A stretch of 64,000 nucleotides of DNA, from assembly GCF_006345805.1 (NCBI RefSeq), contig NW_021833850.1, forward strand, positions 8,210 through 72,209, given 5' to 3'. Made by a program: the position numbers and the translations under genes. Under the pieces are notes generated by a model that worked only from the letters and a program-made list of their open reading frames with translations, did no database searches and was not told where the DNA came from. Positions 39,080 to 52,444 of this stretch are shown here, in pieces (within the stretch, counting starts at the first letter, position 1; each line of letters starts with the position of its first letter). The DNA comes from Octopus sinensis. Its lineage: Eukaryota.

Positions 39080-39338
39080 ATAGAAAATGTAACGTCTTCG
39101 TCGTTGTGGTGGTGATGGTAAAAGATGTGGTTTACGATAGGTGACTAAAATAAAAATTATAATCTTAAATTTTTGTAATGCAAATAGTTGAATGAAAATA
39201 TAGTTTAGTTGGTAGCCAAAAGTTTACTGAATTTTCTAATAGTCCATACGTCAAAAACGGCAACTCGGTATTGGAATACATAAGGAACACACACACACAC
39301 ATACACACACACAAACTCTCTTATATATATATATAGTA
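39080..39338 (-). mobile_element. Helitron-like 5' module abutting the 3' end of the helicase Helitron
   Basis: Minus strand ctag|tactatatatatatataagagagtttg. Confidence 0.55.
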
Positions 39339-39657
39339 CTAGCAATGCATGCCGGCGTTGCCCGGGTATTATAACCTACAGCCTCATTGTATTATTTGTT
39401 TCTTTCTTATGGGTAGAATCAGCATTCGGGGAGCGTGAAGCAAACAACTCTTTTTCATAAACATGTTTTTCGGTAATTTTGTGATGAACAATGCTGAAAT
39501 TGTTGAACCAAAAACATGTTGAATAGTAGCTTAGATTAGAATGAAATCTTAAAAATGCCTCCAAAATGACCTAGACTTATGGATGTAAAGAAATGGCTGA
39601 CGAACGAGAACGTAGAGGTATCCGTATTGCAGAAGTAAGGTACATTGCAGAAGGTAA

Positions 39658-39892
39658 GGCGGCAAGCTGGCAGAAATGTTAGCAGGCCGGGCGAAATGCT
39701 TAGCGGTATTTCGTCTGCCGTTACGTTCTGAGTTCAAATTCCGCCGAGGTCGACTTTACCTTTCATCCTTTCGAGGTCGATAAATTAAGTACGAGTTACG
39801 CACTGGGGTCGAAATAATCGACTTAATCCGTTTGTCTGTCATTGTTTGTCTCCTCTATGTTTAGCCCCTTGTAGGCAATAAAGAAATAAGAA
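39658..39892 (+). mobile_element. SINE A, long-tail monomer
   Basis: Full head and body; aagtaaggtacat repeated on both sides. Confidence 0.92.
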
Positions 39893-39968
39893 AGTAAGGT
39901 ACATGGAAAGAAAGCTGCTTCATTGTGATAAGCACTAATCTCTGTAATGTTTGGGTAGACTGCACACT

Positions 39969-40715
39969 TCAACATATGTCAAGCGAAGCCGACAATGCTT
40001 CTGGGTAAACTATGTTGTGCGTAAGTCCAGTTTTGGTAGAATAAATATACAAGTTATCTGCACTGTTAACTCGAGAGCATGCAACATATAATTGTCCATG
40101 AGAAACGCAGGGTAGTTGTAAATTGAGACCCATAATTTTTAAAGTTTGACCCTGGGATTTGTTGATTGCCATAGGGAAACACAATCGCACCGGGAACTGG
40201 AGGCGCTTGAATTGAAATGACACATTTGAGGGAATAAGGGGCATACATGGAATGTATGCAATCTCTCCTCGATGGCAGCCGGCAATAATGGTTGCTTGTA
40301 GGACATGACTTATCATTGTAGTTATAATCAATCTTGTACCATCGCATCGTTGTGGTGGGTCCAAATTCCTCAAGAGCATGATAGGTACATCTTTCTTTAG
40401 GAACAACTTATGCGGTGGCTGTCCTGTGGGTTGTAGAGAGTTGGGAAATTCAACTGAATACTCAACAGCGGCATGTTCGTCGATGGTAGTATCAATGGAA
40501 ACAAACGTTGAAGCATCTCCAGGTAGAACGTGGAGGAGTTCATGGTTTACTTTATTAACACTTTCATTCCGATGTGCTAAAACTGTTCTCTCTGCGAACC
40601 ATGCTATGTTTTTGAAGTTGTCTTGCAATGTGGGAAATACCTTTTCTTTAAGCTCGGCCAATGTAGACACTATGTGCCCACATTGCAGTACATGCTGCAG
40701 CAGGGTGTTATTCAA
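39969..40715 (-). CDS. Helitron RepHel Pif1-like helicase C-terminal fragment (248 aa, N-truncated, likely non-functional)
   Basis: LAHRNESVNKVN; PPHKLFLKKDVPIMLLRNLDP; QFPVRLCFPMAINKSQGQTL; HGQLYVACSRV (SF1 motifs IV-VI). No Walker A or Rep domain. Confidence 0.9.
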   Translation of the reverse strand: MNNTLLQHVLQCGHIVSTLAELKEKVFPTLQDNFKNIAWFAERTVLAHRNESVNKVNHELLHVLPGDASTFVSIDTTIDEHAAVEYSVEFPNSLQPTGQPPHKLFLKKDVPIMLLRNLDPPQRCDGTRLIITTMISHVLQATIIAGCHRGEIAYIPCMPLIPSNVSFQFKRLQFPVRLCFPMAINKSQGQTLKIMGLNLQLPCVSHGQLYVACSRVNSADNLYIYSTKTGLTHNIVYPEALSASLDIC

Positions 40716-41059
40716 CGGTAAGGCGCCACTTCCTATTTGTAGAAGTTGATGAGAGAATTCCTCAGCTAAGGGGTCGATCTTATCAAGTTGTCAGCATGGA
40801 AAAAATAACCTTCAATGGTAGTAATTATTAAAATTATAAATTAGGGTATCTACGAGATACTAGCAGCCACGATCTGACTCTAAAACCGCCTTAATTGTCC
40901 ATATCGACACGGAGAGAAAACAAAGAGACAAGATGAAACTAGTAAAAAATTACTGGATAATTCTAGATCCCGGATTTCTGGCTATGCATTTGGGAATGAT
41001 TTGCCTCGTCAGTAGAATACACATAGAAGAGAAACATAAATACATATATAATTTTATAT

Positions 41060-41136
<77 letters not shown>

Positions 41137-42399
41137 GCCAGCTTGCCGCCTTACAGTAATAATAATAATAACACATATTCATATATTTGTAAAAGATCAA
41201 TTTGAAATAGAACAAATGAACAACCGATCTATTGGCGTGATCGAACAAACAATCATCTTGTATCTAAATGGCAGCAAATTTGCAATGAGAGATACAACGC
41301 AATAATGATAAAATGTATTGTGGATTACGGCAAAAGCAAGACTTGAACTCAGAACTTGAAGGTAAGAGACTAAGTCTTCTTAGCTACTAAATCCTGTGAA
41401 CTAATGTTTTTCTTTTTCTTATTTAGCTTTTCTTTTTTTCTGTGTGTGTTATGGTTTTACCATTCCTAAACGTCTAAAAGAAAATTTATGTCTTAAATAA
41501 TAATTTATTTCTTTGAACTAGGCTATCACAAGATCAATTCCCATAGCGGAGGGATATAGGCGATAGAAGTTAATGGAATGAAGGTTTTTTTAATAGCGTT
41601 GAACTCATCACATATTTTCCCACCGGTCCCTTAAAATAGATGTTAGGGACGAAATTTGAAGGATTTCATAATCCATTAGCTGCTCCTTGGGGTTTGATGT
41701 TACTAACACATTTCTTAAACATTAACAGTTTCCACTTGCTAAAGTTATTTCATTAAAAGTATTTTGTGATTATATTATATAAAACGATCCAAATGACTAG
41801 TTATTCGGTAGTATTAAGTAATATTTTTAACACACAACTATTAACTTGCGAAAAGCTTAACACTTTCATACACATACAAACGAAAAAAATAAATAAAAGA
41901 AACACACAAAATATATCTGGTAATTATTTTCTCGACCCATGAGGGATGAAAAAAAGAGTTAATCCCACCGAATTTTAACCCAGAATATACAAATACGAAA
42001 ATAAACATCTCATTTTGTTTTGACTGCACGCAACATTTTCAGTCATATTTCCATCATTGTACACAACACAGAGAAACCACAGAAACCACAGCATAAATCA
42101 CAAAGTACATAAAATAGCGCACTTCACATAGTCACAGGTTGCATCTAAACCACATACAGACCCCTTACAGAATGAAATAAAAATGCAAATTAAATAAAAT
42201 GTTGTGTGGTCACGCTAAGAGTTTAGTTTCTTCCTGTTGAGAAATCCATCCCTCACGGTTTCTGTCAGTGCATGCGCAATCACCTAAAAACAAACATCAC
42301 TCAAGAAGACTATGAATCAAGAAAGGAAACTCCTTGCCAGTGGTCCTCGGTACGTCACATATTTTAAAGATATAATTTAAGGCTTTAGAAATAGCAGTA

Positions 42400-43690
42400 C
42401 CCTTTCAGCCTTTCAACAAATTTACAGATGTAAATTTCTATCGTCAGCTTCTCCTCTCAGTAGAAGTTGTAAAAGTCAATCCTCAATACTTCCAGTTACT
42501 ATCACGCATCTTCTTTCGGCATGGCCTCCGGGTAGAGGAAAACCACTTGACCTTTCCGGTCAAATGAAAGTTGTGGAGTGAGATTCACGATAGACTCGAC
42601 TTTAAGCCAGACTCGACCAACACGTGACAACAATTGTTCGACAAAACACAATAAATCAACAAAACTCGGACACTGAACGAATGCGTGCATGGACATTTTG
42701 TTGTTCTGTATGCATCTCAGTTAACTGATGGTACTTTTGTGCCGGCAGAGTTTATCTCGAACTGGCAATGTTTCATGCTAAACCAAAGATTTCTGGAAGT
42801 TATTCATCGGCCCCAGAATAAGCCAACCAGCTAATTCTTGTCAGCACTCAGAGTTTCCTCGGAACACTATCATTTTTTCTCTCCACGAATCATCTATAGA
42901 ATACTAAAGTGAAAGTTCTATTCGCTACATTGTCCAATTGACAAAGGACTGTGAGTTCCTGATAGCATTCAATGTGACGGGTGCCCAACATTGGTCTATT
43001 TGATCTAGAACTGTAACTCAGTCAAAGAGACTAGTTGTGGTAAACGTGCCAATCAGAGGCACCTGCTAATCTTTCAGGAATATCTGTAGATGTCGGGTCT
43101 TCAGGATATGATGCTACGGTATACCGTACTTTCCGCACAGAGGCTGATAGCAGTATATGGACCTCCTAATCAGTAGAACGCATTCTTTTTACAAGAGGCT
43201 AAAGAGCAGCTTCAGTCTGGTAAGATGAAAACTAAGGTATATTTTGATGAGAGTATGGGCCATTCTGTTCGTTGCCACGTCCCATCTCATATGAGCCTAA
43301 GTCAAACCCCGAGCAACTTGACCGACCTGAACTGCCAGCTGGCTGGTGGCATGGATTTGTCCCTCCAGATGTTCACTTATATGTCGGGATTAATTTTTGC
43401 TCCTGTCACCACCCTATATTTATCTAGAATGGTGCTGATCACTCTTACCTCTGTGATGTCAGACACCATTGCAGTGACGTCATCCGCATTTGCTGCCACT
43501 ACTTTCTCGCGCCCAAATTCAAAAGCGACACTTCTCAGCACCTACAGATTCTGCAGTAGGTAACTCAAGAATCAGTACATACATTGGATATGAGAACACC
43601 CATGACAGTTCAAGTGCGTTACTCCAAAACAGTTTCAATAGATGCCTGTTTGTCTGATCACCACTTAAATGCCGTGATACATTAGCTGAT
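42400..43690 (-). pseudogene. Tx1/L1-like ORF2 remnant (RT to zinc finger)
   Basis: HGC..MYVLILE, AANADDVTAMVSD (YADD), GAKINPD, VKLLGV; then HAFVQCPSFVDLLCFVEQLLSRVGR, matching the 19270 copy. Confidence 0.85.
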
Positions 43691-44335
43691 ATCAGTCTTC
43701 ATTGTTTTACGATACGTAGACGAAAACTCATCGTCTTATATTGCCGCGGTCTCAAACGATACAAAAAAAATCTATCGGTAAACGACGCCAAGAAAGTAAA
43801 ATTGAGTCTAAAAGAATGTGGTACCCTGAAATGAAAATATCAATTGCCATTGAATTTTTCGGTAGTCTAATGACAAAAGGGATTCAACAGATGTTCCAAA
43901 TAGCTTCTAGGAAAAAGTAAGAAAAACTATGAGTCAAACAGTTTCAGGAAATTGCACTCTTAGGATTAGCTAACATTCCGAAGTAGTTCTTTATGGAAAG
44001 TAACGCTCAATTCTCTCGATGAAATACAACCGGTATATAATAAAGAACTTGAAAACAGCAACAGTGGTAACAATTTCTAATAATCTCTGATTTCTATAAT
44101 CAACGGGAGCATGAGAGGCAAAATTGACCCCGGCAGTATTTGAACTCAAAACGTTGTAAAGGGGACATAATTATATACTACATTTCTTCTTTTTTTTTTT
44201 TTTATTACTCTAGCGATTCTGCCAAGCACCACACTTATATATAACAAAGTTTTCTAATATAGATACAAGATCACGTATTCCATTAAAATTGGTCCCAGTA
44301 CATGACTGGTATTTCATAGACTCGGAAGGAATGCA

Positions 44336-44397
<62 letters not shown>

Positions 44398-45354
44398 TGC
44401 GTGTGTATTTTTAAGGGCTAAGCCAGAGGAGGAAAGCCAGCGTTCTTGACCTTTTTCAAGGCATCGCTGATAGCTTGCAGGAAATCCTCTTGTAGACCAG
44501 AGTCCTGACCGGAATATCCGCAACCGAATAAATTATGTTAAAGCCTGACAAACCTTAGGTAGTGGTTTTCAGTTAGATGACTTATTAAGATTACAACCTA
44601 CGAACAAGAATGGCCCTTCTACTGGGCTCCCTCACCATTTCTGTTTTCAGAATGACACTCACAGGTTTCGGTTGACCCAGGAGAGGCGAGTATATTGATG
44701 GTTTAATATTTACAGCAAAGACGGTCAATTAGTAGAGTCGTTACAGTGTTGGCTAGAATTCTTTGTGGTATTTGTTCAGACTCTTCGAGTCCCGAGTTCA
44801 AGCTCTACCAAGGTCAATGTTGCCTTTCATCCTTTCAGAGAGTAAAAAAAAAAACTACCAACCCACAGGGTGAGGATCGGTGTAACTATTAGGGAGACGG
44901 GCGAGATGCCTTGCAATATCTGTACTTGCTCTTTACGTTCTGACAGCAACATCTGTGACAATACAAAATCTAAAATGTTTGAGCCCAAGACGGTGGCTTA
45001 ATTTTATATAAATATCGGTGGCGTGCAGCAAGTGACTTCCAGATTTCTTCAAAAGAATATAGCCCAGTTCATAGTTACCTCTCTTCGGTATCGGGTGGTG
45101 AATACGACAAGAGCCAGTGAATGCTTATCCAGCGGTCAACATAAGGCGATTTAAACTGAAGATGGCATATTTTACATTAAGTGAGAATTTCTTCTTCACA
45201 GTAAACTGTACTGAAATTGCTTCTAGAAGTTCATTTATGTCCTAAACGTATACGAACAACCTAAAGTTTGCTTTTGTTTATATATGTATGTATACACATA
45301 TAAACGTTGTAAAGGTGCATGTATATATGTATATATCTATATGTATGTGTTTGT

Positions 45355-45715
45355 CCATCTTTACGTTCTGAGTTCAAATTCTACCGCGGTCGACTTTACT
45401 TTTCATCCTTTCGACGTCGATAAATTGAGAACTCGTGGAGTACTGGGGTCGTTGTAAATCCCTGCCCCAAAATTTCAGGCCTTGTGCTTTTAGAAGAAAA
45501 GATGATGAAGCTGACGAGCTGCTAGAATTGTTAGCGTGTCGACCAAAATGCGTAGCAGCATTTTCTTCCAGTTCTTCACATTCCGAGTTCAAATTCCGCT
45601 GAGGTCGACTTTACCTTTCATCCTTTCGGGGTCGATAAAACAAGTACTAAAATAAATTGTGTACTAAGGTCTATGTAATCGACTTAACCCGTTCTCCAGA
45701 ATTTCGGTCTGTATG
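45355..45715 (+). mobile_element. Two adjacent short-tail SINE A copies
   Basis: Bodies at about 45355-45500 and 45510-45715. Older fragments also lie at about 44120-44230 (minus) and 44740-44870 (plus). Confidence 0.8.
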
Positions 45716-45719
45716 CCTA

Positions 45720-46230
45720 TAGTAGAATGGATTATCATTGTGATGACGGTGATAGTGGTGGTGGTGGTTGAGATGGTCCTGGTGGCGGTGATGATGGACG
45801 TGAGGTGATACAATGGTGGGTTTTGGTGAGGTGCTGTAGGAGGAACAAAGAGGATGGTAGTAGGTAGGAAAATGATGCATTGAACCAGGAGAAAGGGGAG
45901 AGGGAACAGCCAAGGGTGGGACGTTGGTCTGTTTGTGGAGCTGGCTTTGCACGCAAAGTGGGGTACAGTGAACGATGACTGGGCAATGGCGTGTATGTAA
46001 ATGATGATGATGATGATGATGATGGTAGTGGTGGTTGTGACGATGATGATGATGATGATGTTGACGATCGTGTTGATGATAATGATAGTGATGATGATGA
46101 TGATGATGACGACGACGATGATGCTGATGCTGATGCTGTTGATGAAGTATAAGAAGCTGAATCACATTAATAGATAACAGGAAAGCAGTAGATATAGCGG
46201 TGGGAAATATGTACACATATCTATGCGTGT

Positions 46231-46315
<85 letters not shown>

Positions 46316-46772
46316 CGATAGAAACAGAGAGAGAGCAGATGTATCTCGCAAGTCACACGCACATACACGCATGCATGCGTCCGTGTACAGATATGTGTGT
46401 GTGTGAGTGAGTGTGTGTATAAAGTTTGTTATTTTGTTGTTTGTATGCGTGTGTGTGTGTGTGTGTGTATTTGTCTGTTTATGTGATTGTTTGTGTGTGT
46501 GTGTTTTAGGTAGGTTTGTATGGTGTTTCTGTGTGTACATAAGTGTTTTTTTAATTATAGATTAATAGATATGATTGCACGCACAGTCACACACGCACTC
46601 ACATACGCACAAACGCGCAAACACACACAACATATGTATGTATATATATTATTATATATATATATATACTTATATACATATATATATATTTACATATATT
46701 TATATATATATATATATATATCTATATATATATATATATTATATATATATAGATGTATATGTATATATACAT

Positions 46773-46804
<32 letters not shown>

Positions 46805-47277
46805 TAATATATATATATATATAAAATGCGTGAGTATATGTGTACACGCTGAGAGGAAAGCACGACAGTGGAGGGAAGAAAGGCAAGCATGAAAGAGAGA
46901 GAGAGAGAGAGAGAGAGAGATTGAAGGGGAGTGGAGAAAGAAGAAGAATGAGATAATTTTTTTTCATAAGTATAAATAAATCTTCAAAGGCCTATATTGG
47001 TAGCTTTTCCTTTGATGTTTGGAAATTCCTCCTTTCTTCTTACCTCCCTCCCTCCCTCCCCTGCCACTACGATTTCTTTCCTTCCTTCCTTCCTTCTTTC
47101 TTTCTTTCTTCCTTTTCTTTCTTTCTGCTATGATTAAGATTCTCGAAGTCTTCTGGAGTTCGTCTCAATTTTCTGCAGTTTATTATATTGCGATTGCCAT
47201 CTAATAATTCTTGGAAATATTTTTTTTTTCTTCTACACTTCTCTTTCTTTCCGTCTATCTCTGTCATTCTTCCTCTT

Positions 47278-47314
<37 letters not shown>

Positions 47315-47703
47315 GTCATCATCATCGTCATCGTCGTCGTCGTCGTCGTCGAATTCAGCGTAGTCGTCGTCGTTATCATAATCATAATGAGTATCATCGT
47401 TACACATTATTATTATAATATATATATATTTTTTAAATTTTCATAATTATTATTATTAAATAGACATTGCAGATTCTAATTAGAAAATACTTCTAAAGGA
47501 AATAGCGGAATTTTTATTTATTTCTCAATTATTTAATGCCGACTTCAACAGGAGATTTAATAAACATAGTTATTACTGCGTTAAAAGTATATGTATGAAT
47601 GTATACAATTGTATATGTATACATACATACATCCATACATACATACATACATACACACATACATACATACATACATACATACATACTATATATATATATA
47701 TGT

Positions 47704-47756
<53 letters not shown>

Positions 47757-47850
47757 TTACATATATATACATATATAGACATACATACATACATATACTA
47801 TATATATATATATATATATATATACATACAACATACATCATACATACAAA
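45720..47850. repeat. Microsatellite-rich block (GAT, TG, TA, GA, CAT, CGT, TACA)
   Basis: Directly visible; explains the 289-aa His-rich ORF. Confidence 0.9.
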
Positions 47851-48179
47851 ATTCAGTTAGCGAACTACATCCATACGTATGTATTTGTATGTATATGTGA
47901 ATACATCTAAATATAATGCTTATGTGCGTGTGCATGTTTATGCGCGTGTGCACACACACACAATACGCACGCACACAACAGATGTATAGAGTTTCAGCCC
48001 GTCCGCCTAGTATTCTGAGTAATGTTTCTGGGGTAACAGTTAGGCCAGGTGACTCCATCATAGAGGTGAAACCTTTGTCGTAGTGAGATGGTATCCCATG
48101 TGATCCACTGGGTCTTGTCACGGGTTCCAAAGTCACCCTACCCATATTGGATAGTGAGACTTTCAGTAAATGCCCATCA

Positions 48180-48630
48180 CTAGAACTATTAAAATTATCC
48201 GTATCTCTATAACCCTTCAGGACCAGTCTAACTTTAGTATCTAGGATAATCTTAATTCTATCGTATCAGCTTCGCTTAAGAATCTCATTATAGTATTCAG
48301 TATTATTGTAAAACATCTGTTCTTTGGCGGAGAGGATGGAAACCCTAATCGAGATATTCAAAATTAATCCACCGACAACATATTTGGGATGGTGTGATTG
48401 TCTATGGGTGTAACGGAGGCTCTTGTTACGTTTGCCATACGAAAAATATAATCCTCAATCTAGATACAATGTAATGTCTAAAAAGTTAACCTTCTTACAG
48501 CACTACTACACTTTTCAAGAAATATAGAGATGAAAGTTCCGCAAAAAAAGGTGGAAATGATTCAAAAACCTCTCCAAGTAATATACTCCCCTTTTGGGTC
48601 CGACGTATCAACGACATATTAATTGAATGA
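48180..48630 (-). pseudogene. Penelope-like reverse transcriptase remnant
   Basis: Degenerate RYVDD (tga tac gtc gga), VNFLDITL, LRYTHRQSHHP...IRVSILSAKEQMFYNNTEYYNEILKRS*Y. Confidence 0.7.
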
Positions 48631-48814
48631 GCATAGATCTAGTTGAATTTTCCACTGCCACGTGTATGCTGAATACAATTTTCATGTAGCATCTGCATGA
48701 TACTGTGTTCCATGCCTTGAAAGATAAGCCTGAAGAGAAGCCTGAGGTATATATGGTATATATAATATATATATATAATATATATATATAATATATATTA
48801 TATATATATATTAT

Positions 48815-49046
48815 ATATCAGAAACAAGATAAAAATGATGGTCATTACATATTCTTTTATTGGAGCAATTTGGCTCACAGCTATTTCCAGTAATCATTAC
48901 AGGTATATTGTTGATAGGTTTACTCAATTGATCGCTTCCTATTAGTAATGTACCTATAATGACTACTGGAAACAGCTGTAAGCCAAATTTGCTCCAATAA
49001 AGGAATAATATGTAATGACAATTATATTAAACTTGTTTCTTATATA
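48815..49046. repeat. Foldback next to the PLE RT remnant, arms about 95 bp
   Basis: agaaacaag...gtcattacatatt...caggtatatt is mirrored by aatgtacc...aatatgtaatgac...cttgtttct. Confidence 0.85.
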
Positions 49047-49274
49047 TCACTCTGTATAGAAACCAGTTTGTCCGGAGACCATCCATTGATTAACAATATA
49101 GAATTGTGATGAACCATAACCTTGGATCCTACCAAAAGATTACCTGGTGTTTTTCGCTAATCTAAGTAATATTGTTTGCCTGGTGGGCCAACAGAGAGCT
49201 TATGATGTATTTTGCCCGGATTGATAATCCCTCATTATTTGTTCTATGTGTGAGTGTGTGTATGTGTGTCTCCT

Positions 49275-49475
49275 TGTGTTTCCGTCTGTCACCCCACTGC
49301 TTAACAACCGGTGCTGGTTTGTTTACATCCTCCCTCCTCCGTAATATAGCAGTTCGGCAAAAAGTCCGGTAGAATAAGCACATGGCAAAAATTATTAATG
49401 GAATCGATTTGTAAGATTAAACCCTTCAAAACAGTGCCCCAGTATGGCCGCACTCCAGTGACTGCAACAAATAAA
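49275..49475 (+). mobile_element. Old SINE B tail
   Basis: acaaccggtgctggtttgtttac...cagttcggcaaaa...gtgccccagtatggccgc. Confidence 0.65.
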
Positions 49476-49687
49476 AAAAATAACTACATACATTCGTACT
49501 TTACTACTCCATACGTGGTTATGTACATACATGCAATTATGCCTACATACATAATACATACATACATACATATACACACACATACATGCATATACATACG
49601 TATACTTACATACACACATACATGCATATATATATATATACACACATATACATACACTTACATATACACACGAACATACATCATACA

Positions 49688-49719
<32 letters not shown>

Positions 49720-51757
49720 CATACACACACATACATATATACATACGTACAAACATACATACACACATACATGCATGCATGCATACTAACAGATACACGT
49801 GTACATACAAACATACATTGGCACATACGAATAGACATCTCTCTCTGAGGACGGACACACACACCCACACAAACATACTTAGCCATTAAAGGAAAACACG
49901 ATCACACTCACGTGACGAATTGTAAATTATCTGTAATTCAAAACGATAAGCGAACGATCAAATGAACATCAGAGAAAAATTTTGATTTGATTCTTTTCAT
50001 CAGACTTGTAAAATTTTTTGATGAAATATTCAAACGGACGTTTAGCTTTGTATTGGAAGAAAATAACTATTTGTAACCGAATTGAAGCCTGACTGCACAA
50101 ACAAACGAGTAAAATAGAGATACAAAGCCTCAATCCATTTGATCATTGTAACGCTACTGAAAACTAGGTTGTTGTTGCTGCTGTTGATGTTGTTGTTGTT
50201 GTCGTCTAGCCCTAGGATGACCCTGATTGAGCAGACCTGTGGTGAAAATTATTCTACCCGTGATTCTCCCTTCGTTTTTTTCCCGTTATTTTTTTTTTGA
50301 GAACCGTTTTAAAAACAGTTATAATTTGTTGAACATTTGGCTGCTATTTCTGACAAATTGAGCGACCACATAGAGATGCTCCTCGTTAAGCTGTCCAGGG
50401 GGCTAAGAAAGCTATAAGGAAATATTAACATTAAAGACTATTATTTTTGTTGATCACTTCTGACTGTTTCAGAGTTAATCTATATATCATTAACATTATT
50501 TAGAGCTAGAAGCAGAAAAGCAGAAATTACACATATATACTTCATAATTTAATTGTGCTCAACAGCTGTTTCATTGGCATAGGACATCATTATATATAAT
50601 TACATAATAATGATACATAATAGATTTTATTAATTTCAAAGTAATGTGGCATCCAAATCGCCACGAGGAAAGAGAAATGAAAAAAAATTATCAATAAAAT
50701 GAAAATAAAATGAAAATTAGGCTTGTAATGTCAGACATTTAAGTGGTAAGGGAGGAAATGGGGGTAACTAGACGCCTGTAGCATCATAAGGGTTTCAGTC
50801 AGCAGTAAATTTAAGGTCCTCTAGTCATTCCCACTCCCTTCTCTCATCACCTATTTTCAATGAAATTATAGCCTTGATATATTTTATTGATATATTTTTA
50901 TCATTTCGTTTTTGGATTTAGTTTGCAAGATTCTTTATATGAGTTCGTGTGTTGAAGCATATTCTGTTGTGTCTGGGGAGAGTCATTTTCTTTTTGTGCC
51001 TTATAATGTAACACACACACCGGTAAAATTTCCACTTGATTTCTTATTTTTATTTATATTTTATTTTTATTGTTAGATTAGTACTAAATTTCTCACCAAG
51101 GTGATCTCTAATATACATTATTCCATCAAAATGATGTCATTTATTCGACCTACCCATGGCAAAAAATAAGCACTTCTAAAATGACTACATGTACGTATTT
51201 TCCTTGTCTGGGGATCTAGGTTTTATCATTCTAACAAGATTTTTTGCAATTTGCAGATGCAAGAACTACCAGTTCAAAGCTCCACATACCGAATGCTAGC
51301 AAGATTATGGGGTCATCAGGAGAGAACGCTCGCCATTTCGAGGCCTGCTTCTCAATAGCATCATTGCGAACCGGCACCTCCCCCTTCACTGAAATGAGGT
51401 GGCGCTTGCTAGATCAACTGGTTATCAGGTTTCGCTCAATATTCTTAAAGCCATTGCTCATCGTCTCTTTTAAACCAAATCCAATGGTTTGCTTTTTCCA
51501 TTGTAGATAAGAAAAAAGGCAAGCTACTGGATTTGTATGTATTTCTCGCAACCATATTAGAGTTCGAGAGGTATCTGAGGACATATTTAAAAATTTAACA
51601 AAATAACTCTAATCAAGTAAACAACAAATGTATTTTAATAAAAAAAATTGTGCACATCTCGATATGTTTTTTTGTTTTATGAGATTATTCAATGAATCTG
51701 CCTTAAGTTTCGATGACTGCTTCGAAGCGAGATTGGAATCGTTGATATGTCTACACT

Positions 51758-51923
51758 CATGGCCGGCTCAAGGTACCGGCAACTCGGGCAGTCACCCGGG
51801 GCGCCATGTACATTTTAGTCTACATTTTCAGTTTTTCTCCTTGTGAAATTAAAAGAAATTATACTTGTAATGGCACCGAAATTCAGCTTGCCCGGAGCGC
51901 CAGCAAACCTATGGCCGGCCCAG
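51758..51923. mobile_element. hAT MITE (166 bp)
   Basis: 8-bp TSD TCTACACT (51750-51757, 51924-51931); TIRs CATGGCCGGC / GGCCGGCCCAG. Confidence 0.85.
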
Positions 51924-52209
51924 TCTACACTAGGTGGTTCTTATTCCTTTCAGACATGACCTAGACACTGGTGGCCTTCAATGAAGCAATAGCATTGTGA
52001 GGGTGTCGATTAGTCTCCCTTTTAGCAACTCTTTAAACGAAGGATTTAAATCTGGCAAGTTTGGAGGTCACAAGTTTGCTGTTACATGATAGTAAAAACT
52101 GTCTGGCACCTGTTTTAGGGTTACGTAGACTTTGTGAGATGCTGTGTCTTGTTCAACCATGTATGCCTTCCAATGCCTGCTTCATCCATTTAGGTCAACC
52201 CCAATTGAA

Positions 52210-52444
52210 TGACTCCAGGTAAAAAAAAAGTCACAGGTAAAAAATTCGCAAGAAAAAAGTCACGGAAAAAAAGTTACAGGTAAAAAGTAACAGGGGTTTT
52301 GTCCGGGTGGGGTGGGGTTGTCCGAGGGGTTTTTATCCTAGTAGGGTGGGGTCCGGATCCCATAAATTAATTGTGACTTTTTTCCTAGCCAAAATTGTGA
52401 CTTTATTACGGTGATTTTTTCCCCTGTAACTTTTTTACTAATCA
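52210..52444. mobile_element. Foldback-type (Mutator-like) MITE (235 bp)
   Basis: TSD CAATTGAA (52202-52209, 52445-52452); TGA...TCA ends; mirrored AAAAAGTCAC / GTGACTTTTT arrays around a G-rich core. Confidence 0.75.

Larger units (their letters stand above)
39339..40795 (-). mobile_element. Helitron 3' half (helicase C-terminus, hairpin, CTAG end) with a SINE A insertion
   Basis: cccgggcaacgccggc hairpin, then CTAG at 39342-39339; helicase homology extends to about 40795 (AEEFSHQLLQIGSG). Confidence 0.88.

Noticed and set aside
45671-46540. 289-aa His-rich ORF
   Set aside because: Built from (CA)n and (CAT)n repeats on the minus strand.
51244-51510. 88-aa ORF in GC-richer sequence
   Set aside because: No family motif in any frame tried.
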